From: Gammaproteobacteria bacterium
Lineage (GTDB): Bacteria > Pseudomonadota > Gammaproteobacteria > Steroidobacterales > JABDLF01
Assembly (NCBI GenBank): GCA_041565075.1
Contig: JBFGOQ010000006.1
Span: 724 to 64,723 of the forward strand
Direction: 5' to 3'
Length of the DNA: 64,000 nt
The notes under the pieces were generated by a model that did no database searches, had not been told where the DNA came from, and saw only the letters and a program-made list of their open reading frames with translations. This document shows positions 30,650 to 38,613 of this stretch, in pieces (within the stretch, counting starts at the first letter, position 1; every line of letters starts with the position of its first letter). The position numbers and the translations under genes were made by a program.

Positions 30650-32431
30650 ATGTCGCCAGAAAACCGATGGTTAGCACTCATGACCGCGACTTTGCTCGTC
30701 GGCTGCGGCGGCAGCAGTGACCCGGTTCTTGCGCCGCCGCCCGATCCGCCTCCACCGACCACCGTGACACTGGACCTGGCGGCAGCCTCGACTGGGCAAG
30801 GACGTTTCAAGGCCGATGGCGGCGATTCCACGGGGCGCTTCGGTGTGCCGGTTGCCGCGGGCTTCGACATCGACGGCGATGGACTTGAGGATTTTGCCAT
30901 GTCGGCGATGCAGGCCTCACCGCTGGGCCGCTCGGGTGCTGGCCTGGTGTCGCTGATATTCGGTGACGGTTTTGTCCTGGGTGGCGTCGATACGGCCTTA
31001 CCCGACCCGCGTGTTCTGAAGATCTATGGCGCAGGACCCGCAGAGGCCACCGGAGGCGAGATCTGGATGGACGACGTCACCGGCGATGGTCTTGGCGATC
31101 TCATTATCGGCCGGTTCAATTACCGGGCGTCTGGCCCGGACAGGCCTGGCGCGGGTGCGCTGTCGGTTGTGGTCGGTAACGCTGCCTTACGGGACCTTGC
31201 TGACAACGGCCAGGTCCTCGACCTTGCAGCGCCACCGCCGTCGGTCAACGTACTGACGCTGGTGGGTGCCGGCACACTCGATCGTCTTGGATTCTGGCTG
31301 CGCAGCGGTGATATCACCGGCGATGGCGTCGCCGACATCGTGGTGGGCGCGGACCAGGCCGATCACAACAGTATTTCAAATAGCGGCCTGGTGTACGTGC
31401 TGCGCGGCGGCGCGCATCTGGACATGAACCTGGATGTGGATCTGGCCGATTTCGGCACCAGTTTGCTGGCTGGCCACCTTTTGAAAATCGAGCCGCCGGC
31501 CGGCGCTGCCGATTACCATTTTGGCGGTACGGTGAGCGTGGCAGACCTCGACGGCAACGGGCGTAGCGAATTGCTGATAGCCGCTGCGCTGTCGCGAGTG
31601 GGCGGATTGATAGAGGCTGATGGAGCGCCGCCGGGTTCAGCAGTGCGCAATGGCGGCAACCCAGGTGGCAGCCTTTTTATCGTCTGGGATGACAACATTC
31701 CGGCATCCGATCCCTGGATGCCAGGCCTGCGTTTCGCGGTGGATGCTGCACCAGGATCGGTGAGCCGGATTGACGGCGGCGTACTGAGCAATGTTTTCAC
31801 CAGTGAGCGTTTTGGTGAGGACCTGCTCGGTGGAGAAGACTACGATGCGGATGGCGATGTAGATCTGTATGTCGGTGACATAAAGGGTGACGCCAATGGC
31901 TTGTTGGATGCCGGCCTCGGTCATGTCCTGTTTTCGGCTGGACAACTGAAGGGTCTGAATTTCAACATAGGGTCACCGCCGCCGTCCGTGCGCATCAGCC
32001 ATATCCTCGGCCAATCGATCTCGTCAATCTCCGGGGATACCTCAGCACACGGTGACCTGGACAACGACGGCAACTTCGATCTGGTCGTTGCTTCGCCATT
32101 GGCGGATCCCCTGGGCCGCACGGATGCAGGAATCGTGCACGTTTTGTGGGGTCAGTCAGGACCGTGGCCGGCGGTCATCGATCTGGCTGCAGGCCGGCGG
32201 CCCGACCCGGCACAGTTTCTGATTACCGACATTCTTGGTGCGCGCGGGCGCACATCCAGCGAAGATGAAGGCGATACCCTCATGTATAGCGCTGCCTGGG
32301 GCGATGTCGATGCCGACGGACGCACAGACCTGGTAATCAATGAGATGCGCGGCAATGGCCGGGATCCCGCAGCGCTGGACGTCGGCAACTTGCTGATAAT
32401 CGGCGGCAGCGCGATTCCCAAAGGCATGTAA
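30650..32431 (+). CDS. FG-GAP (integrin-alpha-like) repeat lipoprotein
   Basis: Lipobox LLVGC. At least seven Ca-binding-type repeats (DIDGDGLEDF, DVTGDGLGDLIIG, DITGDGVADIVVG, DLDGNGRSELLIA, DYDADGDVDLYVG, DLDNDGNFDLVVA, DVDADGRTDLVIN). Confidence 0.85.
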   Translation: MSPENRWLALMTATLLVGCGGSSDPVLAPPPDPPPPTTVTLDLAAASTGQGRFKADGGDSTGRFGVPVAAGFDIDGDGLEDFAMSAMQASPLGRSGAGLVSLIFGDGFVLGGVDTALPDPRVLKIYGAGPAEATGGEIWMDDVTGDGLGDLIIGRFNYRASGPDRPGAGALSVVVGNAALRDLADNGQVLDLAAPPPSVNVLTLVGAGTLDRLGFWLRSGDITGDGVADIVVGADQADHNSISNSGLVYVLRGGAHLDMNLDVDLADFGTSLLAGHLLKIEPPAGAADYHFGGTVSVADLDGNGRSELLIAAALSRVGGLIEADGAPPGSAVRNGGNPGGSLFIVWDDNIPASDPWMPGLRFAVDAAPGSVSRIDGGVLSNVFTSERFGEDLLGGEDYDADGDVDLYVGDIKGDANGLLDAGLGHVLFSAGQLKGLNFNIGSPPPSVRISHILGQSISSISGDTSAHGDLDNDGNFDLVVASPLADPLGRTDAGIVHVLWGQSGPWPAVIDLAAGRRPDPAQFLITDILGARGRTSSEDEGDTLMYSAAWGDVDADGRTDLVINEMRGNGRDPAALDVGNLLIIGGSAIPKGM

Positions 32432-32444
32432 AGGTAAGGTCGCG

Positions 32445-32852
32445 ATGCAACCGGACGAAGCGCAGTTTCTGATTGATTTCGAAAACTGTACCCTCGACCC
32501 GGAACTCTGGACCCACACCGCGCACGTGCGCATGGCATGGCTGTGCCTGAGGCAGGCCAGCTATCCCGAGGCACTGGAGAGAATTCGTGCAGGCATCATG
32601 CGCTATAACGGCGAGGTCCTCGACAAGTTGCCGGAATATCATGAAACTGTGACCGTCGCTTTTGCCAGGCTGATCGCTTCGCGAATCTGCCCCGGGGAAG
32701 ACTGGGAGACTTTTGCAGCGCGCAACGATGATTTGTTTACGCGCACGCCGCCGGCATTGTCAGCTTATTATTCGATGACCCGGCTCATGTCCGAAGAGGC
32801 GCGCAAAAACTTTGTCGAGCCGGATCTTCGCGCGCTACCGGAACTGCAATAA
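32445..32852 (+). CDS. Hypothetical protein (135 aa)
   Basis: Shine-Dalgarno AAGGTAAGG lies 13 nt after the FG-GAP gene stop. The composition looks coding. I cannot name a family with confidence. Confidence 0.6.
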   Translation: MQPDEAQFLIDFENCTLDPELWTHTAHVRMAWLCLRQASYPEALERIRAGIMRYNGEVLDKLPEYHETVTVAFARLIASRICPGEDWETFAARNDDLFTRTPPALSAYYSMTRLMSEEARKNFVEPDLRALPELQ

Positions 32853-32901
32853 GCCGTCGGCCGGTAGGGCGGGATGGCGCACAACTTGCAACGGGGGAAA
32901 C

Positions 32902-33321
32902 ATGGCAGCCAACAAGACAACAAAAAATCGACGCAGTGTCGCTAAGTTTCTCAACGCCGTAGAAAACGAGACACGTCGCAATGACGCATGGAAGATTCTC
33001 GAAGTCATGGAACAGGAAACTGGCGAAAAAGCAGCGATGTGGGGCGCCTCGCTGATAGGATTCGGCAGTTACCATTACCAGTACGAGAGCGGGCGCGAAG
33101 GTGATTTTATGCTGGTCGGTTTTTCACCGCGCAAGCAGAATCTCGTCCTTTACATCATGCCTGGTTTTGCGAATTACGAGCCGCTGATGGAGAAACTCGG
33201 CAAGCACAAAACGGGCAAGTCATGTCTTTACATAAACAAGCTCGATGATGTGCACTTGCCGACTTTGCGCAAGTTGATTCGTGAGTCGGTGAAGTGGATG
33301 AAAAAGAAATACCCATCCTGA
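32902..33321 (+). CDS. DUF1801 (YdhG-like) domain protein
   Basis: VAKFLNAVENETRRNDAWKILEVME.., WGASLIGFGSYHYQYESGREGDFMLVGFSPRKQNLVLYIM, GKHKTGKSCLYINKL. ATG 32902 is preceded by GGGGGAAA. Confidence 0.85.
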   Translation: MAANKTTKNRRSVAKFLNAVENETRRNDAWKILEVMEQETGEKAAMWGASLIGFGSYHYQYESGREGDFMLVGFSPRKQNLVLYIMPGFANYEPLMEKLGKHKTGKSCLYINKLDDVHLPTLRKLIRESVKWMKKKYPS

Positions 33322-33413
33322 ACCGGCGGAATCTGCGAGGATAGGCATCGTTTTCTCAAAAACCGCGCACGCTTTGAGTCTGGCCATTTCTGCAGGGTGA
33401 TCGGGAGAATTCT

Positions 33414-33650
33414 GTGAGCAAAGCACCAACATGTGTGGCCTGTAACACGACCATGAAAGAGGGATTTATCCCGGACATCGCCAGTTCGGAGGGATCCGCC
33501 CGGCAATTATCCTGGCACCCGGGCAAGGTCGAGGCGAGCAAGATGCTGGGCATAAAAACCGGGGGCGTGAAATACGACAAGAAAGCAGTACGCAAAATCA
33601 CGGCTTATCGCTGCAATTCCTGCGGGCTGGTTCTGCCATTTGCCCATTGA
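33414..33650 (+). CDS. Small zinc-ribbon protein (78 aa)
   Basis: CxxC pairs at both ends (CVAC .. CNSC). GTG start with GGGAGA upstream. Confidence 0.55.
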   Translation: MSKAPTCVACNTTMKEGFIPDIASSEGSARQLSWHPGKVEASKMLGIKTGGVKYDKKAVRKITAYRCNSCGLVLPFAH

Positions 33651-33662
33651 ACGGAGACTGCC

Positions 33663-34070
33663 ATGAATCAGTTATTCTGGCCCATGCTTGCGTTGTTCAT
33701 CTGGACCTTTCTCGTCACCCTGCGCAATTTGCAGGTAAGGCTGGCGGCGATGCGGGCGAGGCAACTCAAGGAAACCTACTTTGAAATTTTCCAGGGCGAT
33801 GCGCCCGCCGAGGTCGTCAAGGTGAGCAACCACCTGCGCAACCTGACAGAGTTTCCCCCGCTTTTTTATATCGCAATAATTCTGGTGGTAGTTGCTGGCA
33901 GAGTCGATGCGGTATTTGGCTGGCTGGCCTGGGGCTACGTGGTGTTGCGGGTGGGCCACAGCCTCATTCACCTGAGCATCAACAAAGTCAAGCCGCGATT
34001 TGTCATGTTCCTGGCGAGCCAGTTGTTGCTGTTGGCGATCTGGGTGCGGCTGGCATGGCAACTGGCGTAA
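33663..34070 (+). CDS. MAPEG-family membrane protein
   Basis: 135 aa with 3-4 TM segments. VLRVGHSLIHL-type motif. GGAGA Shine-Dalgarno lies 12 nt after the zinc-ribbon gene stop. Confidence 0.7.
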   Translation: MNQLFWPMLALFIWTFLVTLRNLQVRLAAMRARQLKETYFEIFQGDAPAEVVKVSNHLRNLTEFPPLFYIAIILVVVAGRVDAVFGWLAWGYVVLRVGHSLIHLSINKVKPRFVMFLASQLLLLAIWVRLAWQLA

Positions 34071-34301
34071 GCCCTGTCGTGAGCACGCCAGGTGCAAGTA
34101 GTTGAGCTGCAGGCGCAAATACCTGGCCGCGGACCGAGGTCGCGGATCGGCGTTATGGTTGGGACCACCGCGCACTCCGGCGAAGCAGAACCCAGGCAGC
34201 CTCGCGACTGAGGATCGCAAAATCCCGGGCAGCATTTTTGACAAGCCGCCGGGCGGCTGATAATTGTTGAGCTGCGATTGTTATTCGACAAGGAGGTCGA
34301 A

Positions 34302-34715
34302 ATGTTCAGATTGGCACTTTCTGTGCGCGGCGCATCGGCCGAGGCACTGCAAGCGGTTTCTCACCGCCTGTTCCCCGGCGCGCTGCCGGATTTTTTTACC
34401 GTCGCTTACGAAATCGAGCGCCAGCTCGGCTCCAGTCCGGCGTCAATGGGGGCGCATCGGGTGACTTGGTCATACTGGCGGGAAGACGCCAGCCTTGCGG
34501 CACCGTGCCCACGTCCGGCAGACATGCAGGTGTTCTCCTGGTATGACGGCCGGGTCCACTATCGCGTCAAGCGCGCCTACAAACGCGTGCTCGGGCGCTG
34601 GGCGTGGGTGGATTCAGGTATCCGGGTCAGTTGCAAGGGTGCGACGGGTATGCCTGCGGTCAGTCCTTCCGCGGATCAGGCTGCGCCAGCACCTTCTCGC
34701 GCTGTTTCTGCCTGA
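34302..34715 (+). CDS. Hypothetical protein (137 aa)
   Basis: A strong Shine-Dalgarno AAGGAGG lies 5 nt before ATG 34302. The 3' 56 nt overlap the convergent purE. I recognise no motif. Confidence 0.4.
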   Translation: MFRLALSVRGASAEALQAVSHRLFPGALPDFFTVAYEIERQLGSSPASMGAHRVTWSYWREDASLAAPCPRPADMQVFSWYDGRVHYRVKRAYKRVLGRWAWVDSGIRVSCKGATGMPAVSPSADQAAPAPSRAVSA

Positions 34716-35148
34716 AGCCGTCCAGGGCGGACTCGACCTCGGGATACTTGTTGGCCAGGATAGCGGCGGCCAGCAAAGCGGCATTGATGGCCCCAGCTTT
34801 GCCGATCGCCAGCGTGCCCACCGGTATGCCGGCCGGCATTTGCACCATGGACAAAAGTGAATCCAGGCCATCCAGCTTGGATTCCATGGGCATAGCGAGA
34901 ACCGGCAGGGTCGTATAGGCAGCCGCTACACCTGCCAGGTGCGCTGCGCCACCGGCGGCCGCGAGAATGACCTCGAGACCACGTTCCCTGGCGCTGGAAC
35001 AATACTGATGTACGGCATCGGGGGTGCGATGTGCAGAGATGGCGCGGGTCTCATGTTCAATGCCGAGCTCGTCCAGGGTACGTGAGGCGTGTTGTACCAC
35101 GCCCCAGTCAGACTTCGAGCCCATAATCACGCCGACCAGTGGTTTCAT
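34660..35148 (-). CDS. purE: N5-carboxyaminoimidazole ribonucleotide mutase
   Basis: VGVIMGSKSDW and AAGGAAHLAG motifs. 162 aa. Confidence 0.96.
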   Translation of the reverse strand: MKPLVGVIMGSKSDWGVVQHASRTLDELGIEHETRAISAHRTPDAVHQYCSSARERGLEVILAAAGGAAHLAGVAAAYTTLPVLAMPMESKLDGLDSLLSMVQMPAGIPVGTLAIGKAGAINAALLAAAILANKYPEVESALDGFRQKQREKVLAQPDPRKD

Positions 35149-35157
35149 CGGGTCATC

Positions 35158-35688
35158 TTACCAATCTCGTCCGGTTTGATCATCTGGAGTTTTCGGGGAC
35201 AGCGATTGCAGGTAGCGGAATAAGCTACGTGCGTGTGCCGGCGGCTTGTCATTGGCGCGCTCAAACTGCGCCAGGCGCACCAGCTGGCGAACGTGCTGGC
35301 GATCGGCGCCGGGAAATTCCTCGAGCAATTGTCCGAGCAGCGCGTCGCCCTGTTCCACAAGTCGGTCACGCCAGGTCTCCAGGTGATGAAAACGCCGTGC
35401 CGCCTGCTTCTGATCGGCGCTTTCTTTTGCCAGCGCCGCCTGCACGCCGCTGGCATCGATTTCGCGCATCAGCCGACCGATGTACTGACGTTGCCGATAA
35501 AGCGCCCGTCTGCTTTTCATCTGGCGGGCAGTCATGACCGCCTCGCGCAGGACATCGGGCATCGGAATCGCAAGCAAGCGGGCCTGGGGCATATCGATCA
35601 GCTGCTCGCCAAGCTTTTGCAGCGCAGCGCTTTCCCGTTTCAGCTGGGATTTGCTGGGCCCCCCATCCTTTGCATTGGATTCAGTCAT
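35158..35688 (-). CDS. yjgA: Ribosome-associated protein YjgA (DUF615 / DarP)
   Basis: SKSQLKRESAALQKLGEQL.., RRALYRQRQYIGRLMRE. The start overlaps the upstream gene's stop by 4 nt. Confidence 0.9.
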   Translation of the reverse strand: MTESNAKDGGPSKSQLKRESAALQKLGEQLIDMPQARLLAIPMPDVLREAVMTARQMKSRRALYRQRQYIGRLMREIDASGVQAALAKESADQKQAARRFHHLETWRDRLVEQGDALLGQLLEEFPGADRQHVRQLVRLAQFERANDKPPAHARSLFRYLQSLSPKTPDDQTGRDW

Positions 35689-36932
35689 AGCGCGCGATCG
35701 AGCGCGCCGATAAGGCGCTCGACTTCCTTGCCGGTGTTGTAGTGCACGAGCGAAGCCCGCACCACGCCGTTCTGCGGAGCGAGTCCGAGGTGCTCAATCA
35801 GTCGCGGCGCATAAAAATGTCCCCAGCGAATCGCGATCTTGTGCGGATCTATTGCCGGCGGGATGGTTGCCGAATCGCGATCTGCCACCACGAATGAAAT
35901 AGTCGGCGTGCGCACTGCCGAAGCCGCCGACGGATTGCCGATGATCCGAACCCGCGGGTGGCCGTCAAGAAATTCCAGCAACGGAGCAGCGATGCTTGCT
36001 TCGTGACGGCTGATCCAGTCCACGGCAAATTTCATTTTTACCTGGTCATCCCCCCCATCGGGTGCGCCGGCAGCCACACCGAGTTCATGGTAGTACTCGG
36101 GAATACCGCCACTTGCGTAAGCGAGTTCATAATTCACGCCGCCGGGTTGCAACTTGAGGGGCACATCGCCGGCTTCAAAAAAGTAGTGGTTGATGTTGTC
36201 CAGCGCTTCCAGCAGTGGCCGCTTGCCAATCATTACAGCCTGGTGCGGTCCATAGACCTTGTACAGGCTGAAGGTGTAGTAATCGACATCCCAGGCTTGC
36301 ACGTCAATGGCATGATGGGGCGCATAAGCGACGCCATCAACGCACACTTGCGCATTGCGCTCATGAACGAACCGGGTTATCTCGGCCACCGGTTCGATAC
36401 TGCCAAGTATGTTTGACGTGTGCGTAAAGCACACGAGTCGCGTGCGCGCGTTCATGAGCGTCCCGAGATCGTCCAGTTCCAGACGCAGGCTGTCACGATT
36501 GAGTTCCCAGGTACGCAGCACGATGCCGCGTTCGGCGAGCCGGCACCATGGGCTGATATTGGCCTCGTGATCGACGTTGGTCACGATAATCTCGTCGCCC
36601 TTGTGCAGACGAGGTGCGAGCGCGCGTGACAGGCGGGAAATGAGCGCGCTGGTCGATGGTCCCAGGATTATCTCGGCCGGATCCCGCGCATTGGTGAATC
36701 GGGTAAGCGCTGCCACGGACGCGTCCAGGCGTTGTTGGGCGAGCATGGAGACTTCGTAGCTGGCGCCCAGCTGGACCGGGCATTCGCGCAGGTAGCGTGT
36801 CGCGCGGTCGATCACGCGGCCGAGCGGCAGCGAGCCGCCGGCGTTGTCCATGAACACCCAGTCATTCGCGAGGCCGGGAAACTGAGCGCGCACGAAATCG
36901 AGGGTGGCGGACGGCGGTTCAGGCGGCTTCAT
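35685..36932 (-). CDS. Class-V PLP-dependent enzyme (cysteine-desulfurase-like, VC1184-type by recollection)
   Basis: Fold-type I features: TNVDHEANISPW and the putative PLP lysine in FSLYKVYGPH. 415 aa. Confidence 0.85.
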   Translation of the reverse strand: MKPPEPPSATLDFVRAQFPGLANDWVFMDNAGGSLPLGRVIDRATRYLRECPVQLGASYEVSMLAQQRLDASVAALTRFTNARDPAEIILGPSTSALISRLSRALAPRLHKGDEIIVTNVDHEANISPWCRLAERGIVLRTWELNRDSLRLELDDLGTLMNARTRLVCFTHTSNILGSIEPVAEITRFVHERNAQVCVDGVAYAPHHAIDVQAWDVDYYTFSLYKVYGPHQAVMIGKRPLLEALDNINHYFFEAGDVPLKLQPGGVNYELAYASGGIPEYYHELGVAAGAPDGGDDQVKMKFAVDWISRHEASIAAPLLEFLDGHPRVRIIGNPSAASAVRTPTISFVVADRDSATIPPAIDPHKIAIRWGHFYAPRLIEHLGLAPQNGVVRASLVHYNTGKEVERLIGALDRAL

Positions 36933-38598
36933 GTTGTTCCTTGTCTTTCAGCCAGGCGCGAATTTCGGTGGCATCCGCGAGGGCGAGCATGATCACGAGG
37001 TCGCCGCGTTCGGCGCGCTTCATCGCCAGTCTCAGCGACGCCATCTCGTTCGGACAATGCTCGATCTGGGCAGATGTCGCGCCGGCCTTTCTGAGGGCTC
37101 GCGACATGATGTCAAAGACTTCGCCGGCCTCACGGCCGCGGTAATACTTCTCAAGTTCCGAGATGACCACCAGGTCCAGGCCAATGGCCCAGGCGCTTTC
37201 CGCCAGACTCTCGATAGCGGAATCCGGTCTGTCGCCGGCCTGGCCGAAGCACAGCAAACGCCGCTTTGCGGGCAGTTTATGCGCGAGGTGAAAAAGAGCG
37301 TGCATGGCCTCAACATTGTGCGCGAAGTCGACCAGCACCTTGACGCCGTCCACCTCATAAAGATTGCATCGCCCCGGGTTGTCGCCGCGGCGCGTTTCCA
37401 GCAAGCCGCGACGAATAGCATCGTCCGCCAGACCAAGTGCGTTGGCGAGGCCGATAGCGCCCAGCGCGTTGGCAACGTTATGCTGTGCCGCACCGCCGAA
37501 AGTGATGGGAACGTCGGCGACCCGCGCAAGCCGTGTCCATTCGCCATTCACACCGCGGGCAAACTCGCCATCGATAACCGTCGTGACGCTGCCGCCCTCT
37601 GCAAAATGACTGCGCAGCGCCGGCGCATCGGCGTCGGGGCTGAAAAAACACAGACGCTTGCCGGCATTTTCGGCGCGCGCCACCAGCAGTGGATCGTCGG
37701 CATTTATTACCAGCGGGCGTTCGTCATCAAGCGCGCGCGCGACCACCCACTTGATGTCCAGCAGCTCGGCAAGACTGCGGGAGCCGAAATCACCCAGGTG
37801 GTCCTCCGAAATATTGGTGATGAGCGCTGCGTCGGCATGCTCGACAGCAAGACCACGTCGCAGGAGGCCGCCGCGTGCAGTCTCGAGGATCGCGATTTCA
37901 ACCTGCTGATGGCGCAGCACGGTGCGGGCGCCGCCCGGACCGGCATAGTCACCCTCGTCAATAATCTCACTGCCCACCGCCATCCAGTCAGTGGATGTCA
38001 GGCCGCAGGTCTTGCCCGCGGCAGCGGCCATGTTGGCCACCAGCCTCGACGAGGTGGTTTTGCCATTGGTACCGGTGATCAGTCCGACAGGAATGTCGCA
38101 AAGGACCGCCCAGTCCACGTCCCGTGGCGTCGGGACCGCGCTCGCTGCCCAGCTGCGCGAATGCCGACCGAGCCCCAACGAGACCTCGTCATCATCCACC
38201 AGGCAGCTAACCGACTTTGCCCTGGCGGCGGCCAGCAGGTCTATGAGCCGCGGGTTTCGCTCTTGCGCTATGGAATTTCTCAGTGCGACCAGCAATGCGT
38301 CCTCGCCGCCGGTTGCTTTGCCAATATGCAAAGCCCACGCTGCTTCGAGAATTTCGGTGGCCGCATAAAGGGCGTCGAGCGGGGCCGAGACGGCAAGGCT
38401 GATGCCGCCGCTGCACTTGCGCGCCGCGAGCCCTTCTTCTGCCCATCCCACGGCTGCCAGCAGGCCTTCGAGCCGGTCGGCGAGCGCAGCGATCAGTTCG
38501 CCGGCCTGGTCGTCGTCACAGGCGATGTCCAGCACCGCGCCGGGGTGATCCCAGATCACGTTCGGGCCGGTCAGGCGGCGGCAGTCCAGAACCTCCAC
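36919..38598 (-). CDS. CphA paralogue lacking the ATP-grasp domain (N-domain-like region + Mur-ligase-like M domain)
   Basis: The first ~165 aa resemble the CphA N domain (RRLTGPNVIWDHPGAVLDI vs TNVYVGPNVYARFPVIRHVLDLG). The sequence then runs directly into GLITGTNGKTTSSRL..ILETARGGLLRRGL..ISEDHLG. That stretch parallels the CphA M domain ITGTNGKTTTARM..VLETARGGMLRSGL..VASDHLG. Confidence 0.85.
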   Translation of the reverse strand: MEVLDCRRLTGPNVIWDHPGAVLDIACDDDQAGELIAALADRLEGLLAAVGWAEEGLAARKCSGGISLAVSAPLDALYAATEILEAAWALHIGKATGGEDALLVALRNSIAQERNPRLIDLLAAARAKSVSCLVDDDEVSLGLGRHSRSWAASAVPTPRDVDWAVLCDIPVGLITGTNGKTTSSRLVANMAAAAGKTCGLTSTDWMAVGSEIIDEGDYAGPGGARTVLRHQQVEIAILETARGGLLRRGLAVEHADAALITNISEDHLGDFGSRSLAELLDIKWVVARALDDERPLVINADDPLLVARAENAGKRLCFFSPDADAPALRSHFAEGGSVTTVIDGEFARGVNGEWTRLARVADVPITFGGAAQHNVANALGAIGLANALGLADDAIRRGLLETRRGDNPGRCNLYEVDGVKVLVDFAHNVEAMHALFHLAHKLPAKRRLLCFGQAGDRPDSAIESLAESAWAIGLDLVVISELEKYYRGREAGEVFDIMSRALRKAGATSAQIEHCPNEMASLRLAMKRAERGDLVIMLALADATEIRAWLKDKEQHEAA

Positions 38599-38613
38599 GG
38601 CTTAAGTCTCCGC

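Noticed and set aside
34101-34275. The 10-nt direct repeat GTTGAGCTGC at 34101-34110 and 34266-34275, bracketing the spacer before the 34302 ORF.
   Set aside because: The repeat is too short, and no element (integrase, inverted repeats, tRNA) is associated with it. It could be chance or a regulator site and cannot be supported further.
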